The notes: generated by a model not told the origin, from the sequence alone. Positions 36,713 through 49,149 are shown, numbered from the stretch's first letter. The stretch is 64,000 bases of DNA from Octopus sinensis (GCF_006345805.1 NC_043009.1:22878001-22942000); one strand, 5' to 3'. Numbers and translations: made by a program.

Positions 36713-39593
36713 CTAGTTAGTTAGTTAGTTAATTTTTTGGCTCAAAAAGCAAAAAGCAAGGCCATGTAGGGGGACATGGAGTTATGTGCAGGGTGGTGTT
36801 CATGTAAAGAGTTCAGGCCACTTGTGGTCAAGGGAGACTTTGAACCGAGCGGTCGTCGGCATCTTCACCATCTCGTCTGGCAGCTTATTCCACGGATCCG
36901 CAACCCGGACGGAGAAAGCCCCTCTCCTTCGATTGAGATGAAATCGTCGCTGATAGAGCTTTTCAGAGTGACCCTGCAGCCGATGCTCAGGAGCAGAAGT
37001 GAAGAACAGCTCTTTCGAGAGGTTACACTTTCCGCTTATGATGTTGTGAGCAAGAATGAGATCACCACGGCATCGGCGTTTTTCTAGAGAATAAAGGTCG
37101 AGCGACTTCAGCCTTTCTTCATAAGACAAATTCTTGAGACCAAGAACCATGCGGGTAGCCAGCTTCTGGACTCTTTCGAGATGCTGTATGTCTTTGAGGA
37201 GATAAGGAGAAGAGGCTTGAATCCCATACTTCAATATGGGTTTCACCAGCGTGACATAGAGCGGTAGGAATGTGGCTGCTGTGAGCATTCCGAATGACAG
37301 TCGAATCAAGAACAGAACTCCGCGTGCTTTGTTGGCAGCATGGACGCACTGGGCCGAAGGCAAAATGGAGGAATCCACCAAGATACCCAGGTCCTTTACC
37401 TGGTCGGTCCTCTCCAGCAGCAGACGACCCGGCTCGAAATCAAGTTGGGTTGCAGGAGGAGAGCCAACATGCAGATGACAGCACTTTGACACGTTCAGAC
37501 ACAGGTCCCATTCCTTAGACTATCTCCAAATTTGGTGGAGGCATCGACGAAGATCCTCTATATCACCGCGAGGAGCGACCAGTTTGAAATCGTCAGCAAA
37601 TAGAAGGGTGTGTTGTGTGAGGTCGTCGGGCAAGTCATTTATGAAGACTAAGAACAATAAGGGCCCAAGCACTGAACCTTGAGGCAGGCCACTGTTCGCA
37701 CTGGAGACGTCGGACAGCGAACTATTAACTTGGACTTGGAAGGAGCGATCTGAGAGGAAGGCACCAACCCAGCGTACAATATCCGGATGGAAACTATATG
37801 CTTGAAGCTTGACAAGTAATAGGCGGTGGTTTACCAAGTCAAAAGCTTTGGCAAAGTCCAATAAAACGATGTCAACAGCATCACTATCATCCAGGATGCG
37901 CGTCACCAATTCTTCCATTACCAGTAAGTTGGTCAAGCATGATCTCTTCGGCATGAAGCCGTGTTGGGAATCAGAGATAGAGGCTGTGTTTTGGAGGTGG
38001 AGCATCATACTTTTCTTAAGGATGGTTTCGAACATCTTGCTGATTATTGAAGTAAGGGAAACCGGTTGGTAGTTAAGCGGATCTTGCGGCTCCCTTTCTT
38101 GAAAATTGGGCAGATTATCGCTGTTCTCCAGTCCGCAGGTATAACACCCGTCGCCAATGACATATTGAATAGACCTGTTAAGGGCTCGCAGATGACTGGA
38201 GCCAAAGCTTTGATAACCTGTGGGTGTATGCCGTCAGGGCCGTGACCCTTGTTGACATCGAGACCTTGAATAACGCGTTCGATTTCGTCCCGCGTGATGA
38301 CCAATCGAAGCATTGGAGGTACCGATCTATCAAATGGAGGGGGTTCACGACCATCATCTTGTTTGAAAATAGTTGAAAAAGCCTCGGCAAATAATTGACT
38401 CTGTTGATAAGGGTCCTCAATCGATATGCCTGTTGAGTCTACCAATGTTGCAATTTGGTTGTTCAAGCGGGAATTCCATTGGACATGGGCAAAGAAGGTT
38501 TTTGGATTGCAACTGGCGTTTGCCGCGATTCTGTATTCATATCTGAAGCGTTGTTCCTTTTCAATTTTCACGGCTCGGTCTCGTTGAGTCTTGTACACCT
38601 CAAAAGCTGCAGTCGAATCTAGATTTTTGAATTCAGCCCAAGCAATATCTCTGAGTCGAAGTTCTCGTTTAACCTTCTTTGTCACCCAGGGCTTGTGTTT
38701 CTTCTTCTTGGGAAGCCCAACGGGAACTGCTTGGTCAGTCAACCAGATTACATATGCTTTGAGGGACGACCATAGTTCGTCAACTGAGGACAACGTCATC
38801 AGGGATCGCCAGTCCAGAATCGCGGAAGCCTCGGTTAGAATTCCAAGATTAATTGCAGAGAAGACTCTATGTGGCAGCAAAGTAGTCATGAGCGTAGAAA
38901 AAGTTGTGTGCATGATGAACTTCAGGACCGCATGATCACTCTTGGCAAGAGGGGCGCACACAGATAAGCCTGACACTGATCTTGGATAGCGGGAGAATAC
39001 CAGATCCAGCATAGATGGCTGCTGCCCAGACCGATGCCTTGTCGAACCGGGAAGATGATGTACAAATTGATGCGGGCCAATCGATCGTGGGAGCGTTGAA
39101 GTCTCCTAATAGCAAACAGTCATGAGAAGCTGAAACGAATCTTATCGCTTTGAGTAAATGAGCATCGTCCTGGGGGTTGGCAAGAGGCGGCCTGTAGACA
39201 GCTAACACGGGCAGGCAAAACCCGGATAGGCTCAGCTTGCAATAGACGGCATCGAATTTTGTTGTAGGTTGAGCATTAGTGGGTAGAATACCGCTGGACG
39301 GTTTGAGATCAGATTTAACATACACAGCAACACCTCCACCTCGCCTTTTTTCTCTGTCACATCTGAAGAGGGCGTAGCCCTGTAGGTGGATTTCCAAGTC
39401 CTTTACTGCTGGAGACAGCCAAGTCTAGGTGATAGCTATCACATCAGGGGAATCACGCATGGCCAGTGTAAATAGTTCGCTGAACTTTGGAAATAAGGAG
39501 CACGAGTTGGTATAGACGATGCTGAGCTGCAAAGTTTGAGGGGCAGGAATTGGGGAACAAGCAGAATAAGGGGTATCAGAGATAGCATCGTTG
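36713..39593 (-). mobile_element. CR1/L2-clade LINE, near-complete but disrupted ORF2 (APE endonuclease + RT), (TAAC)n tail
   Basis: PDVIAIT*TW, GGGVAVYV, LLGDFNAP, LDLVF, DHAV, KGHGPDGIHP, DFAKAFD, GLPQGSVLGPLLFLVFINDL, LFADD, DLGI, LERVQKLATRMV. Several frameshifts and stops are present. The TSD AA(A/G)CTTCTTAA has its core at 36705-36712 and 39597-39604, inside a family-A SINE head. Confidence 0.95.
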
Positions 39594-39891
39594 AAGCTTC
39601 TTAAGTACACAGTTATACCTGCACCTATTCCTCCTCTTCCTCATCAATTTGAGTCAGTTTTCCATGCTGGCTTGGATTGGAGTTTGACAGATGCTGACAA
39701 GGTGTGGGGGGGGGGCACCAAATTCCATAGTCTGATTTATGATATTATAACATAGATTATACAATAAACTGGAAGAAATAAATACAAATAAATGATAGTA
39801 GAGAAGAGCAAGAACACAAATTGTAATAGAGCAGCTGAATACCAGAATTCTAAGAACCAGTCAGATTCAAAACTAGCCAGTTTTTTCTTAC

Positions 39892-39971
39892 CATTTGGTT
39901 TTGAACCAAGTGGTGGTAAGCAGTCATCCTTACAATTTTCACTTTGCTCATATTTGTTTCTTGATTTATAC
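39892..39971 (-). CDS. Candidate 80-nt coding exon (phase 1->0: (G)INQETNMSKVKIVRMTAYHHLVQNQM)
   Basis: Acceptor TTGTCGTTTTGCAATAG and donor ATG|GTAAGA, in unique sequence. The phase matches exon 59772-59894. A second frame (YKSRNKYEQSENCKDDCLPPLGSKPN) is also open. Confidence 0.4.
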
Positions 39972-41086
39972 CTATTGCAAAACGACAACTGAATGTTGCA
40001 CTGTGCACTAGAACTGTTAGTGGGCACAAAAGGAAAAAAAGGGAAGAATAGAATAAAAAAAAATCTAGAAAAATCTAGTTTCTAAAATTAGAAAGTTATG
40101 GAGATTCAAAGATAGGCAGTAATCTGCAGATATTGGAAGAACTCTTAGTGTGCAACCAACAACTGCATGAACAATTTGCAGCAATGCCAAAAAGAAAAAA
40201 AGGAAAAAAAAGTGAAGCATATGCTCATAAATGAAATACTCCAGTCAGCTGCTACAAAACTGACTAAGAATAGAAGCAACATAATGGAGAAATATATCTC
40301 TTTTATCTTTTTCTATCTTGTGTTTCAGTCACTGGACTGCAGCCATGTTGTGGCACCATCATGAAAAGGATTTAGTCAAACAAAATAACTCAGTGTTTAA
40401 TGACTCTGGTACTTCTTATTCTATTGGTCTCATTTGTTGATCGGATAAGCTACAGGGATGTAAATAAACCAACACTGGTTATAATATACAGTAGTGGGGA
40501 CAAATATAAGCACACATACATGTTTGAATTATGCAACAAAAGCAGCTCCATAGTAAAATTTTTATATAACATACTTCTGGCTTTTCAAAATACATAAATA
40601 TTAATTTAAGTATGTTATACACAGAAAGATTTTGTCTGTCTGTCTGTCTCTGTATCTCTATCTATCTATCTATATATCTATCTCGATCGATAGTGTTCGT
40701 TGTTGGATCAGCTCGTAAGTCAATCGCCTTTTTTTATTGTTTTTCGCAAAAGTTTTATTTCAAATTTTCACGCACTGAGTGTGTAAGACACCCAGCTTTC
40801 GTCTGGGTGTGTTTTCCGGAGGGGATTTTGCCCCTAGGGGCAATTTCAGCCTTGATTATATATAAAAATTTTGCTTCTATAGCTTGTTTTTACATAATGT
40901 CGCTGAAGCGTTCCTCATAACGCATAGACGCTGTTCTCTCTATCTGTTGCATCCATTTGTTTATATTTTACATTTTCGGAGTTTTCAACTTTTCAAATGC
41001 CCAACTTTCATTTGGGTGTTTTTTAAATGTAGAATTCGCCCCTAGGGGCATTTTCATCAATTGATTTTTATTTTTCTCAATAAAAA

Positions 41087-42906
41087 ATGTTGAGAAATCT
41101 TATCGTAGAGCAATATTCTGCGATTTTTTCTAAGGAGGATTTTCCTGCTTTGGGAAAGACTGTCAACAAAGACGCTGCTACAAAGAATGATAAAACTGTA
41201 ATCAACACCACCACCACCACCACCAACACCAAAACTACCATATCTGACAACTACACTGATACAACAACCGTTAACAACAACAAGAATAACAAGTCCCTGA
41301 AAAAGCTACAAACACTACAACAACCAACAATAATTCTGATACAACAACAACAACAACTGCCAAAAGAGAACTGTGAATTTCGCTGACACCCTGCGTCAAA
41401 AAAGAGAAATTGTACATTTCACAAATGAAGATTTGGTGGAAACATGATCACTCTTCACAACATCAGGACAAAACCTGATTCTACACACACCACAACATAT
41501 TAGAGATGTAGAAAAGCGAACAATTCTATATAGAATTATAAGAAAAAACACGAAAAAAACCGAACAAACAACAAAAACAGACGTGGAAAAATGTGCAAAA
41601 GCATAATGAAAACAAAAGAATATATAAACTGGGGTCCCCAGTTTAATACAGTGGTGGTCCGCTTCCATAATCAGGAAGAGGCAAAAGCTCACTCTACGGA
41701 GACATTGCAAAATGAAGAACTTGTTATGGTCCCATATTACATGGGACAAAGAGTGAGTAAGATTAGAATAAAAAATGTCCTGCCCGAAATCCCACCCAAA
41801 TGGATAACATTGGCGATATGTTATCATTTAAAATCGATCAACATTTTAGAAATCGCCATTGTCAAAAATGATAATTGGAGTGGGAAATCAATAGAAGTGA
41901 CCCTTCAAATCGATGGGTTTTCTATCAAGAAAAAATACCAAATATTATATATTTGGAAAATGGCCAAAGCCTGTATGTGGTAGTGGATGGTAAAAAACTA
42001 CGATGTTACCGCTGTGGCAGCCCAGACCACTTAATCGCAAAGTGCATTCTGGGACAGAAAAAACAAGAAAAAACAAATCAGAAAACAAATAAAAAACAAC
42101 CTCTGCTACCAACACTACCAAACCCACAACTGATACAAGAATTATATAGAAATATGGAACAACGCCAAGAACAACAACAAACTAGCAAACAAACCCCAAC
42201 AACATCACCAAGAAAAGAAACAGCACCACCACAATTACCGTTGACATCGCAACCAAATAAAGAAGCAAAACCACAACCAACATCAAAAGACAGACCAACA
42301 CCAGCACCAAGAACGACAACTGAGAAAACAGATAACGGTGACAAGAAGACAAATTCTACCCCTAACACCACAACAACACAAACACAGCACAAAACAACAA
42401 CACTTTCTACAAACATACATATTAACGCAAATGCTTCGCTTTTACCCCCTTCTGATTCATCAGACTCTTCGTCTAACGACGAATGTTCGACGAAATGGCA
42501 AATAGCCACAGGGGGTAATAGGAAAAGATCAAAGAAGCCCACCAAACAAGCAAGTAAAGCAGGGCGATATTTAACTCCTGACAGCCCTTTAGACAATCAA
42601 ACCATCAACGACCCCGCAAACCCCCACACACATCTAACAGCAATAGACACGAACAATAAAAAACTAATGGAATACATTGCATCTAACACAAACATCTGTG
42701 AAGATAACTTTAAAGTAAATAATCATCCACGCACTACACCACCGACACACATAAAAATTGTACACATAACACAAACACAGCACCACACACTCAAAACCAT
42801 CTTTCCAAATGCGGTCGGGGGGTTTCAAAAGTATTTGTCTAAAAAACTTACAAACACCTCCTCAAAGACATTTCAAAAGAAGAAAAAACTAAAACTTTTG
42901 AAATGA
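41087..42906 (+). pseudogene. Tx1/L1-type LINE ORF1 (frameshifted) with CCHC zinc knuckle; presumed 5' UTR from ~40690
   Basis: Pieces at 41087-41386, 41591-41983 and 41875-42906. Motifs include KEDFPALG, VPYYMGQRVSKIRIKNVLPEIP, IPNIIYLENGQSLYVVVDGKKLRCYRCGSPDHLIAKC (C-x2-C-x4-H-x4-C), and a low-complexity T/P/Q/K tail. Confidence 0.8.
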
Positions 42907-43185
42907 GTAAGTGACCTTCCCTCTAGTCTCTTTCAATGTAGTGTGTGAAACACAAATTTCATGTGACAGTCTTTCTCTCTCATTTATATATATATAAATG
43001 TGTGTGTGTGTAAATACATATTTGAGTGTCACTAAACATACACACTATATATATGTGTGTGTGTCAATGTGTACATTTGTGTATGTATCTCTCTCTATAT
43101 ATGTGCGTGTGTGTGTGTGTATGTATTTGTGTAAATAAAAAGATACATAGTCCTTCTCAATGTGACCAATGTGGCTCAAGAAATG

Positions 43186-45835
43186 AGTAGCTATCAGTGA
43201 AACCAGACTCAGCAAGCCGTGGGCCCTCGCGTCCATGTTTGGCTGTCAATTCGACATTCATTTTTCTCCCTGTCTGCCGAACATGGGTGGTGGGGGTACC
43301 GCGGTGCTTTTTCGAAAGAGTCTAAATGTAAAAGTAAGAACAATATTCCTAGACCCAGAGGATAGGCTGGTTGTCTTAGACGTGGATGGCAGAAATGGGT
43401 GTGCATTCCGTCTGATGGCAGTTTATGCACCGTACTTAATGGGTCGGGTGGATTTCTTCAGATGTCTAGAGGTTTTCCTGGGTACATCTAGACCTTTACT
43501 GTTAGTAGGGGATTGGAACGCTACCTTGGACACACATCTGGACTATGTGGGAATGGATGAGAATAGAAGGGGGTATAAGTGCCTCAAAGACCTGCTCAGA
43601 CGTTTCCATTTGTCTGACAGGTTCTGACTCGACCATCCGAATATGCCAACGTGGACTTGGACAAACCACATCGGATCGTCGAGATCTTATCTAGATAGAA
43701 TTCTATGCAGGATAGAGGATAGGGATAGTGTAGGATGTCCACAATTTAAAATAGTCAGCTACAGAGATCACAAATTTGTGACGTGTATGCTTGACTTAGA
43801 TAAGACACATAGACAGGGTCTCGGTTACTGGAAACTGAACACGTCGCTCTTAGCGTGACAGGTTTACAGGGAACCATCGTTAACAACCGCTGGTGGTTCG
43901 CCCTGAAAATGGCAATAAAATCGGAATCAATTAGATTTAGCAAGGAATTAGCGATAGTTCAAAATAGAGTAGAGGGAGACTTGGTTAAGAAACTAGAAGA
44001 GGCACTTACCACTGGCAGCGCAACCAACGTGCTGGCTGTGAGGATGGCCCTCGATCAACACCTCAAAGCCAAACACGAAGGTTGCGTCGTCAGAGCTAGA
44101 ATGCGTGCCTTAACCCTTTCGTTACCAAACCGCCCAAAGCTGCCTGAAAAAAATTTTGGTTAATGTGACCAAATCGCCCAAATCCGCCCGTATTTACCTA
44201 TTCATATTTAAATGAGAATATCAGAGCAAATCTCTTTGGTACATTCGTGAAAACATGTATTATACTTCGTAAACAGTTCAACTACAGTTTTGTACAACAA
44301 TCGAAGTGTAATTTTAATTCCGTGAATTTTGGGAGATTTTTTTCCAAAATTTGTTCCTATTGTGTTTTCAAAATTTGTAATTCTGACAAAAAATGGATAC
44401 GAATTTCATTATATCAAGCAGCGAGTCAGAATTCGAAGGATTTTCTACTGAAGACCTTCATAAATCTAACTCTATGACTGAAAAAAAAAAAAGCACGTGG
44501 TATTTGATAATGAATCTGATGTTTCATTTTCTGAAAGTGAAAACAGTGAATCCGAGAGCTCCAACAGCGATAAAAGAAAATGAATTGACACCTGAATGGA
44601 GTGAAAATTTAAAAACTGTTTCTTTCCGTGATTTTTCTGAAGAAACTGGACCAAGCCACAGACTTTCCCAGAAGAGTAAAGCCTTAGACTATTTCTTTTT
44701 ACTTTTTCGAATGAGCCTATTTGAAATCATTACGGTGGAAACGAACCATTACGCTAAATGTAAACAAAGCGAAAGAAAGGATAGTTAGTAGTTTCCCATA
44801 ACCTAAAATGAAATTAAGACTATTTTGCCATAAATATTATTATGGGTATCAGAAAGTTACCCAGAATAACAAATTCTATCGTAAAATTTTGTTGTATACA
44901 CAATTGAATATTTTCTATAGCGATGTTTGAACAAAATTTTTATAATTTTATATTTTGTTGAATTTACCTGTATCTACCTGCAATTAGAGTCACTTTGTGA
45001 CAAAAATTATAGTATAGAATTGGTTGAGAACATTTCATTAAATTATCTTCCAAAATTCACGTTAATATATTGATAAATAAAAAAGTTATAGTTGTTTAAT
45101 GAAACCAGACTAAATTTATGATTATGTTAGAAATTAATTGAAATACATAAGGGGTGCATTTTGGTCAGAAATATAGTAACAAAAGGGTTAAGGAATGAAG
45201 GGATCGAAGCTATGCAAGAGGCCCGGGTAGCAGAGGCGCAACGTGGCAACAGAGCCACCATTCGGTCTCTAATAGATCAACAGGGATGCAGTTTACTCGA
45301 ACCCGAAAGGATGTGTGAGGCCTTTCAACAGCACTTTGCTCGACTGTTTGGTGCGAGTGGTGGGTCGGAACGTGGGATGGATTTCAGTACCTACCTGACC
45401 GATCTGCTGCAGCTCTCGGCAAGGGAAGTGGAGTGTTGTGAAAGTCCCATCACAGACGCCGACGTACAGGATGCGATGGCGGGCTGTGCGAGGATAAGTC
45501 GCCTGGATTGGATGGTCTACCCTATGAGCTGTATTGTCAAATGCCAGACTTGTTTGGCGACCTCTTGGCATCAGTCTACTGCAACTGGCAACAAAACAGG
45601 AGAATCCCCGGTTTTGTGAGCCGAGGTGCAGTGACGTTGCTGAAGAAAGACCCAAATAAGGGGAATTTTATAGATAATTTCAGGCCCATCACTGCTCAAC
45701 ACAGATTTGAAAATTTTGGCCAAAGTAATAGCCGAGAGGTTGGCGCTTGTCATTGGTAAACTGGTCGACAGGGCAGAAACATGCGCCGTGCCGGGCAGAA
45801 CCATACATGACAACCTCCATCTGATGTGCTACATT
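43186..45835 (+). pseudogene. Tx1/L1-type LINE ORF2 (APE endonuclease + N-half of RT), disrupted
   Basis: VAISETRL, GGGGTAVLFRK, RLVVLDV, AVYAP, LVGDWNATLD, SYLDRIL, DHKFV, GYWKLNTSLL, then DGLPYELY, FRPIT/LNTDLKILAKV, CAVPGRTIHDNLHL. It is split by the piggyBac element at 44114-45187. Confidence 0.9.
44114..45187 (+). mobile_element. piggyBac internal-deletion derivative (1074 bp) with transposase N-terminal remnant
   Basis: TTAA TSD at 44110-44113 and 45188-45191, with TIRs CCCTTTCGTTAC / GTAACAAAAGGG. Remnant ORF: acidic SSSESEFEGF..SESENSES.. then ALDYFFLLF..LFEIITVETNHYA..FPIT*NEIK..FAINIIMGIRKLPRI (DDE_Tnp_1_7-like start). Confidence 0.92.
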
Positions 45836-46102
45836 CTTATCAATTTGGAGATCCGGACTGAACCAGATCCCGAGCAATTTAACCGGTCCGTCTGTCCAGT
45901 GGCCCACTACTGAGCCGCAGTTGGAAGGTATGGGCTTGCATCTCCAGGTGCCGAGTAGCAAACCCACTGACTTTTCCGGGTTGATTTTCGCTCCCGTCAC
46001 CGTTTCGTATTCTTTTAGTGTCTCGCCTATCATCTGGATGTGCTTTTCACTCGACACTATGACGGTGACATCGTCCGCATATGCCGACACGCTTGTCCCG
46101 TT
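45833..46102 (-). mobile_element. Inverted Tx1/L1 RT segment (YADD region)
   Basis: Minus strand reads VSAYADDVTVIVSSEKHIQMIGETLKEYETVTGAKINPEKSVGL..PVKLLGIWFSPDLQIDKN. It abuts the + strand RT piece head-on. Confidence 0.9.
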
Positions 46103-46202
46103 CGGATGGTGCTTTTTACGTGTCACCGGCACAGGTATCACAACTACTATTTCCATTTGATATTTATTTCGATGTTGACGTACTTGACTCAATAGGTCTC
46201 CT

Positions 46203-46206
<4 letters not shown>
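46103..46206 (-). mobile_element. Fragment of RTE 3' UTR
   Basis: The reverse complement aligns with 18355-18450 (GA.ACCT.TT.AG.CAAGT..AATGGAAAT.G.AG.TGTGATACC.GTGCCGGTG.CACGTAA). Confidence 0.75.
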
Positions 46207-46237
<31 letters not shown>

Positions 46238-46246
<9 letters not shown>

Positions 46247-46573
46247 GGAGTTGAATGCAGATGCTATTCAAATTCTTTTACTTTCGACATGTTTCGAAGA
46301 CAACATTGGTTTTATTCCAAAGGAATAAATGGTGTAAAATGCAATCTTCTCATCAGTTTTTTTTTAAATACTTAATAGCGTTCTGTTTATCATTTATGCA
46401 GTCATCAAAATTATTATAATGTCTTGTTGTTGAGATAGGTTCTCTTTTTTTCCTGATGTGAAGATTGCATTTTGCACCGTTCATTCCTTTGGAATAAAAC
46501 CAATGTTGTCTTTGAAACATATGTCGAACGTAAAAGAATTTGAATAACATCTGCATTCAACTCCATTTATTTA
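46238..46573. mobile_element. Penelope-like inverted terminal repeat structure (~118-bp arms, 96-bp spacer)
   Basis: Arms 46239-46356 and 46453-46572 are near-perfect inverted copies, and each contains a hammerhead-like core. Inverted pseudo-LTRs with hammerheads are characteristic of Penelope-like elements. Confidence 0.7.
46286..46356 (-). ncRNA. Minimal type-I hammerhead ribozyme core
   Basis: CUGAUGA-GAAGA[extended hairpin]UCUUC-GAAA-CAUG-UC, with palindromic stem III ACAUGU. The 5' strand of stem I is missing in this arm but present (UUUUC) in the + strand arm, which in turn has CUGAUGU. Confidence 0.65.
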
Positions 46574-46740
46574 CTTATACTACACAAAATACAGCACATT
46601 AACCTGGAGTTTCTACCTTTGAATAGGTCGTTACATCCTTGTTACTTGCGTGAATTTTGCTACCCTGGTAACTGTTTATTGAATTTTCCATGTTATCGGT
46701 AAACAAAGGATAATTCATTCATCCATTTATATATATATAT

Positions 46741-46921
46741 ATCATCATCATCGTTTAACGTCCGTTCTCCATGCTAGCATGGGTTGGACGGTTCGACCGG
46801 GGATCTGGGAAGTCAGAAGGCTGCACCAGGCTCCGGTCTTATCTGGCAATGTTTCTACAGCTGGATGCCCTTCCTAACGCCAACCACTCCGTGAGTGTAG
46901 TGGGTGCTTTTTACGTGCCAC
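46741..46921 (-). mobile_element. RTE-type 3' tail element ending in (GAT)n
   Basis: GTGGTTGGCGTTAGGAAGGGCATCCAGCTGTAGAAA..CCATGCTAGCATGG..GACGTTAAACGATGATG. It belongs to an abundant family, also at ~3165-3400, 14060-14200, 26355-26600, 57035-57200, 60655-60900 and 62235-62400. Confidence 0.9.
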
Positions 46922-46922
46922 C

Positions 46923-46991
<69 letters not shown>

Positions 46992-46993
46992 AC

Positions 46994-47024
<31 letters not shown>

Positions 47025-47158
47025 CATATATATACATATACATATATATACATATACATGTATATACATATACATGTATATACATATACATATACATATA
47101 TATACAATAACATATATATACATATACATATACATATACATATACTATATATACATAT

Positions 47159-47191
<33 letters not shown>

Positions 47192-47527
47192 ATATATATA
47201 TAACATATATAATACATATACATATACATATACTATATATATATACATATATATATATACATATATATACATATACATATATATACATATACATATATAT
47301 ATTATACATATATATATATACATATATATACATATACATATACATTATATATATACATATATATATATATACATATACATATATACATATATACATATAC
47401 ATATACATATATACATATACATATATACATATACATATACATATTACATATATATATATATACATATATACATATACATATATACTATATATATTACATA
47501 TATATATATATATACATATACATATAC

Positions 47528-47559
<32 letters not shown>

Positions 47560-47690
47560 ATATATATATACATATACTATAACATATAATATACATATAT
47601 AATATATATACATATATATATATAATATATACATATACATATATACATATATATATATACAATATATATATATATATACATATACATATA

Positions 47691-47747
<57 letters not shown>

Positions 47748-48088
47748 CATATATATATACACATATATATATATATACATATATATATATACATATATAT
47801 ACATATACATATATACATATATATACATATACATATATATATATACATATATATACATATACATACATATATACATATATATACATATACATATATATAC
47901 ATATATACATATACATATATATATATACATATATATACATATACATATATATATACATATATATACATATACATATATATATACATATATATACATATAC
48001 ATATATATATACATATATATACATATACATATATATCATATATATACATATACATATATATATATACATATATATACATATATATACA

Positions 48089-48120
<32 letters not shown>

Positions 48121-48256
48121 CATATATATACATATACATATATATATACATATATATACATATACATATAGATACATATATATACATATACATATATATA
48201 TATACATATATATATACATATACATATATATATATATACATATATATATATACATA

Positions 48257-49149
48257 TAAATCCTTAAATCCTTAAAAATGTTTTAGCCCGAAGGCCGCGG
48301 CCATGCTGGGGCACCACCGCTGAATGAGCTACACTAGTTTGTGAATCCACCTCTGATACGTGGCACTTGATCAACAAGGGAGTTCGATGCTGCTGCCCGC
48401 ATCCGTGTCTCCTGCCGTGAGGTAGGTTCATCTGGGACTCCCAACAAGAAGAGATCCAGTTTAGTTTTAAAGAAACCCACATCCACACCATGTAAGTCTC
48501 TCAGGCATTTAGGGAGGATGTTAAAGAGCTGTGGTCCTCTGAAACCCAAGCTGTTGCAGTATCTGGACCTGTATTTTGATGGTGATGTTGGAATCCTTGG
48601 CACCACGCAGCGGCGCCCCTTTTGCGGTTGGAGTAACTTTGAATGCCAAAGTTCGGGACAAGACCCTCCAGGATTTTCCAGATGTATATCACTGCATATC
48701 TCTCCCGCCTCCGCTCCAGGGAGAAGAGGTTTAATACCTTCAGTCTTTCCCAGTAGCTGACATTTTGCATTGAGACGATTTTCTTTGTGTAGCTTCTCTG
48801 AGTTGCTTCGAGTTCTGCTGTTTGTTTTATATTGTGTGGTGACCAAAGTTGGGAGCAGTAGTCCAAGCGGCTGAGGACAAATGTTTTCCATAGGACCATC
48901 AGTGTCTCCTTCTCTCTTGTTCTGAAAGTTCGGAGAATCCATCCAGCCAGCCGTCCGCATTTTATCACCAGATTAGCAATATGCATTTGGAAAGATACAT
49001 CATTGCTCATGTCAATGCCCAGGTCACGCACTGATTTTGACTCAGGGATTGCAATTCTTCCTGGGCCAGTGTATCCAGTCTTCACGTCATTTACCTTTGT
49101 GTGCCAGTAGCGCAGGGCCTGGAACTTACCTGCATTAAACTGCATGTTG
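48257..49149 (-). mobile_element. 5'-truncated CR1-type LINE (family X), tail (AAGGATTT)n
   Basis: [86 protein letters not shown], with 3' UTR GCGGTGGTGCCCCAGCATGGCCGCGGCCTTCGGGCTAAAAC. Confidence 0.93.
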
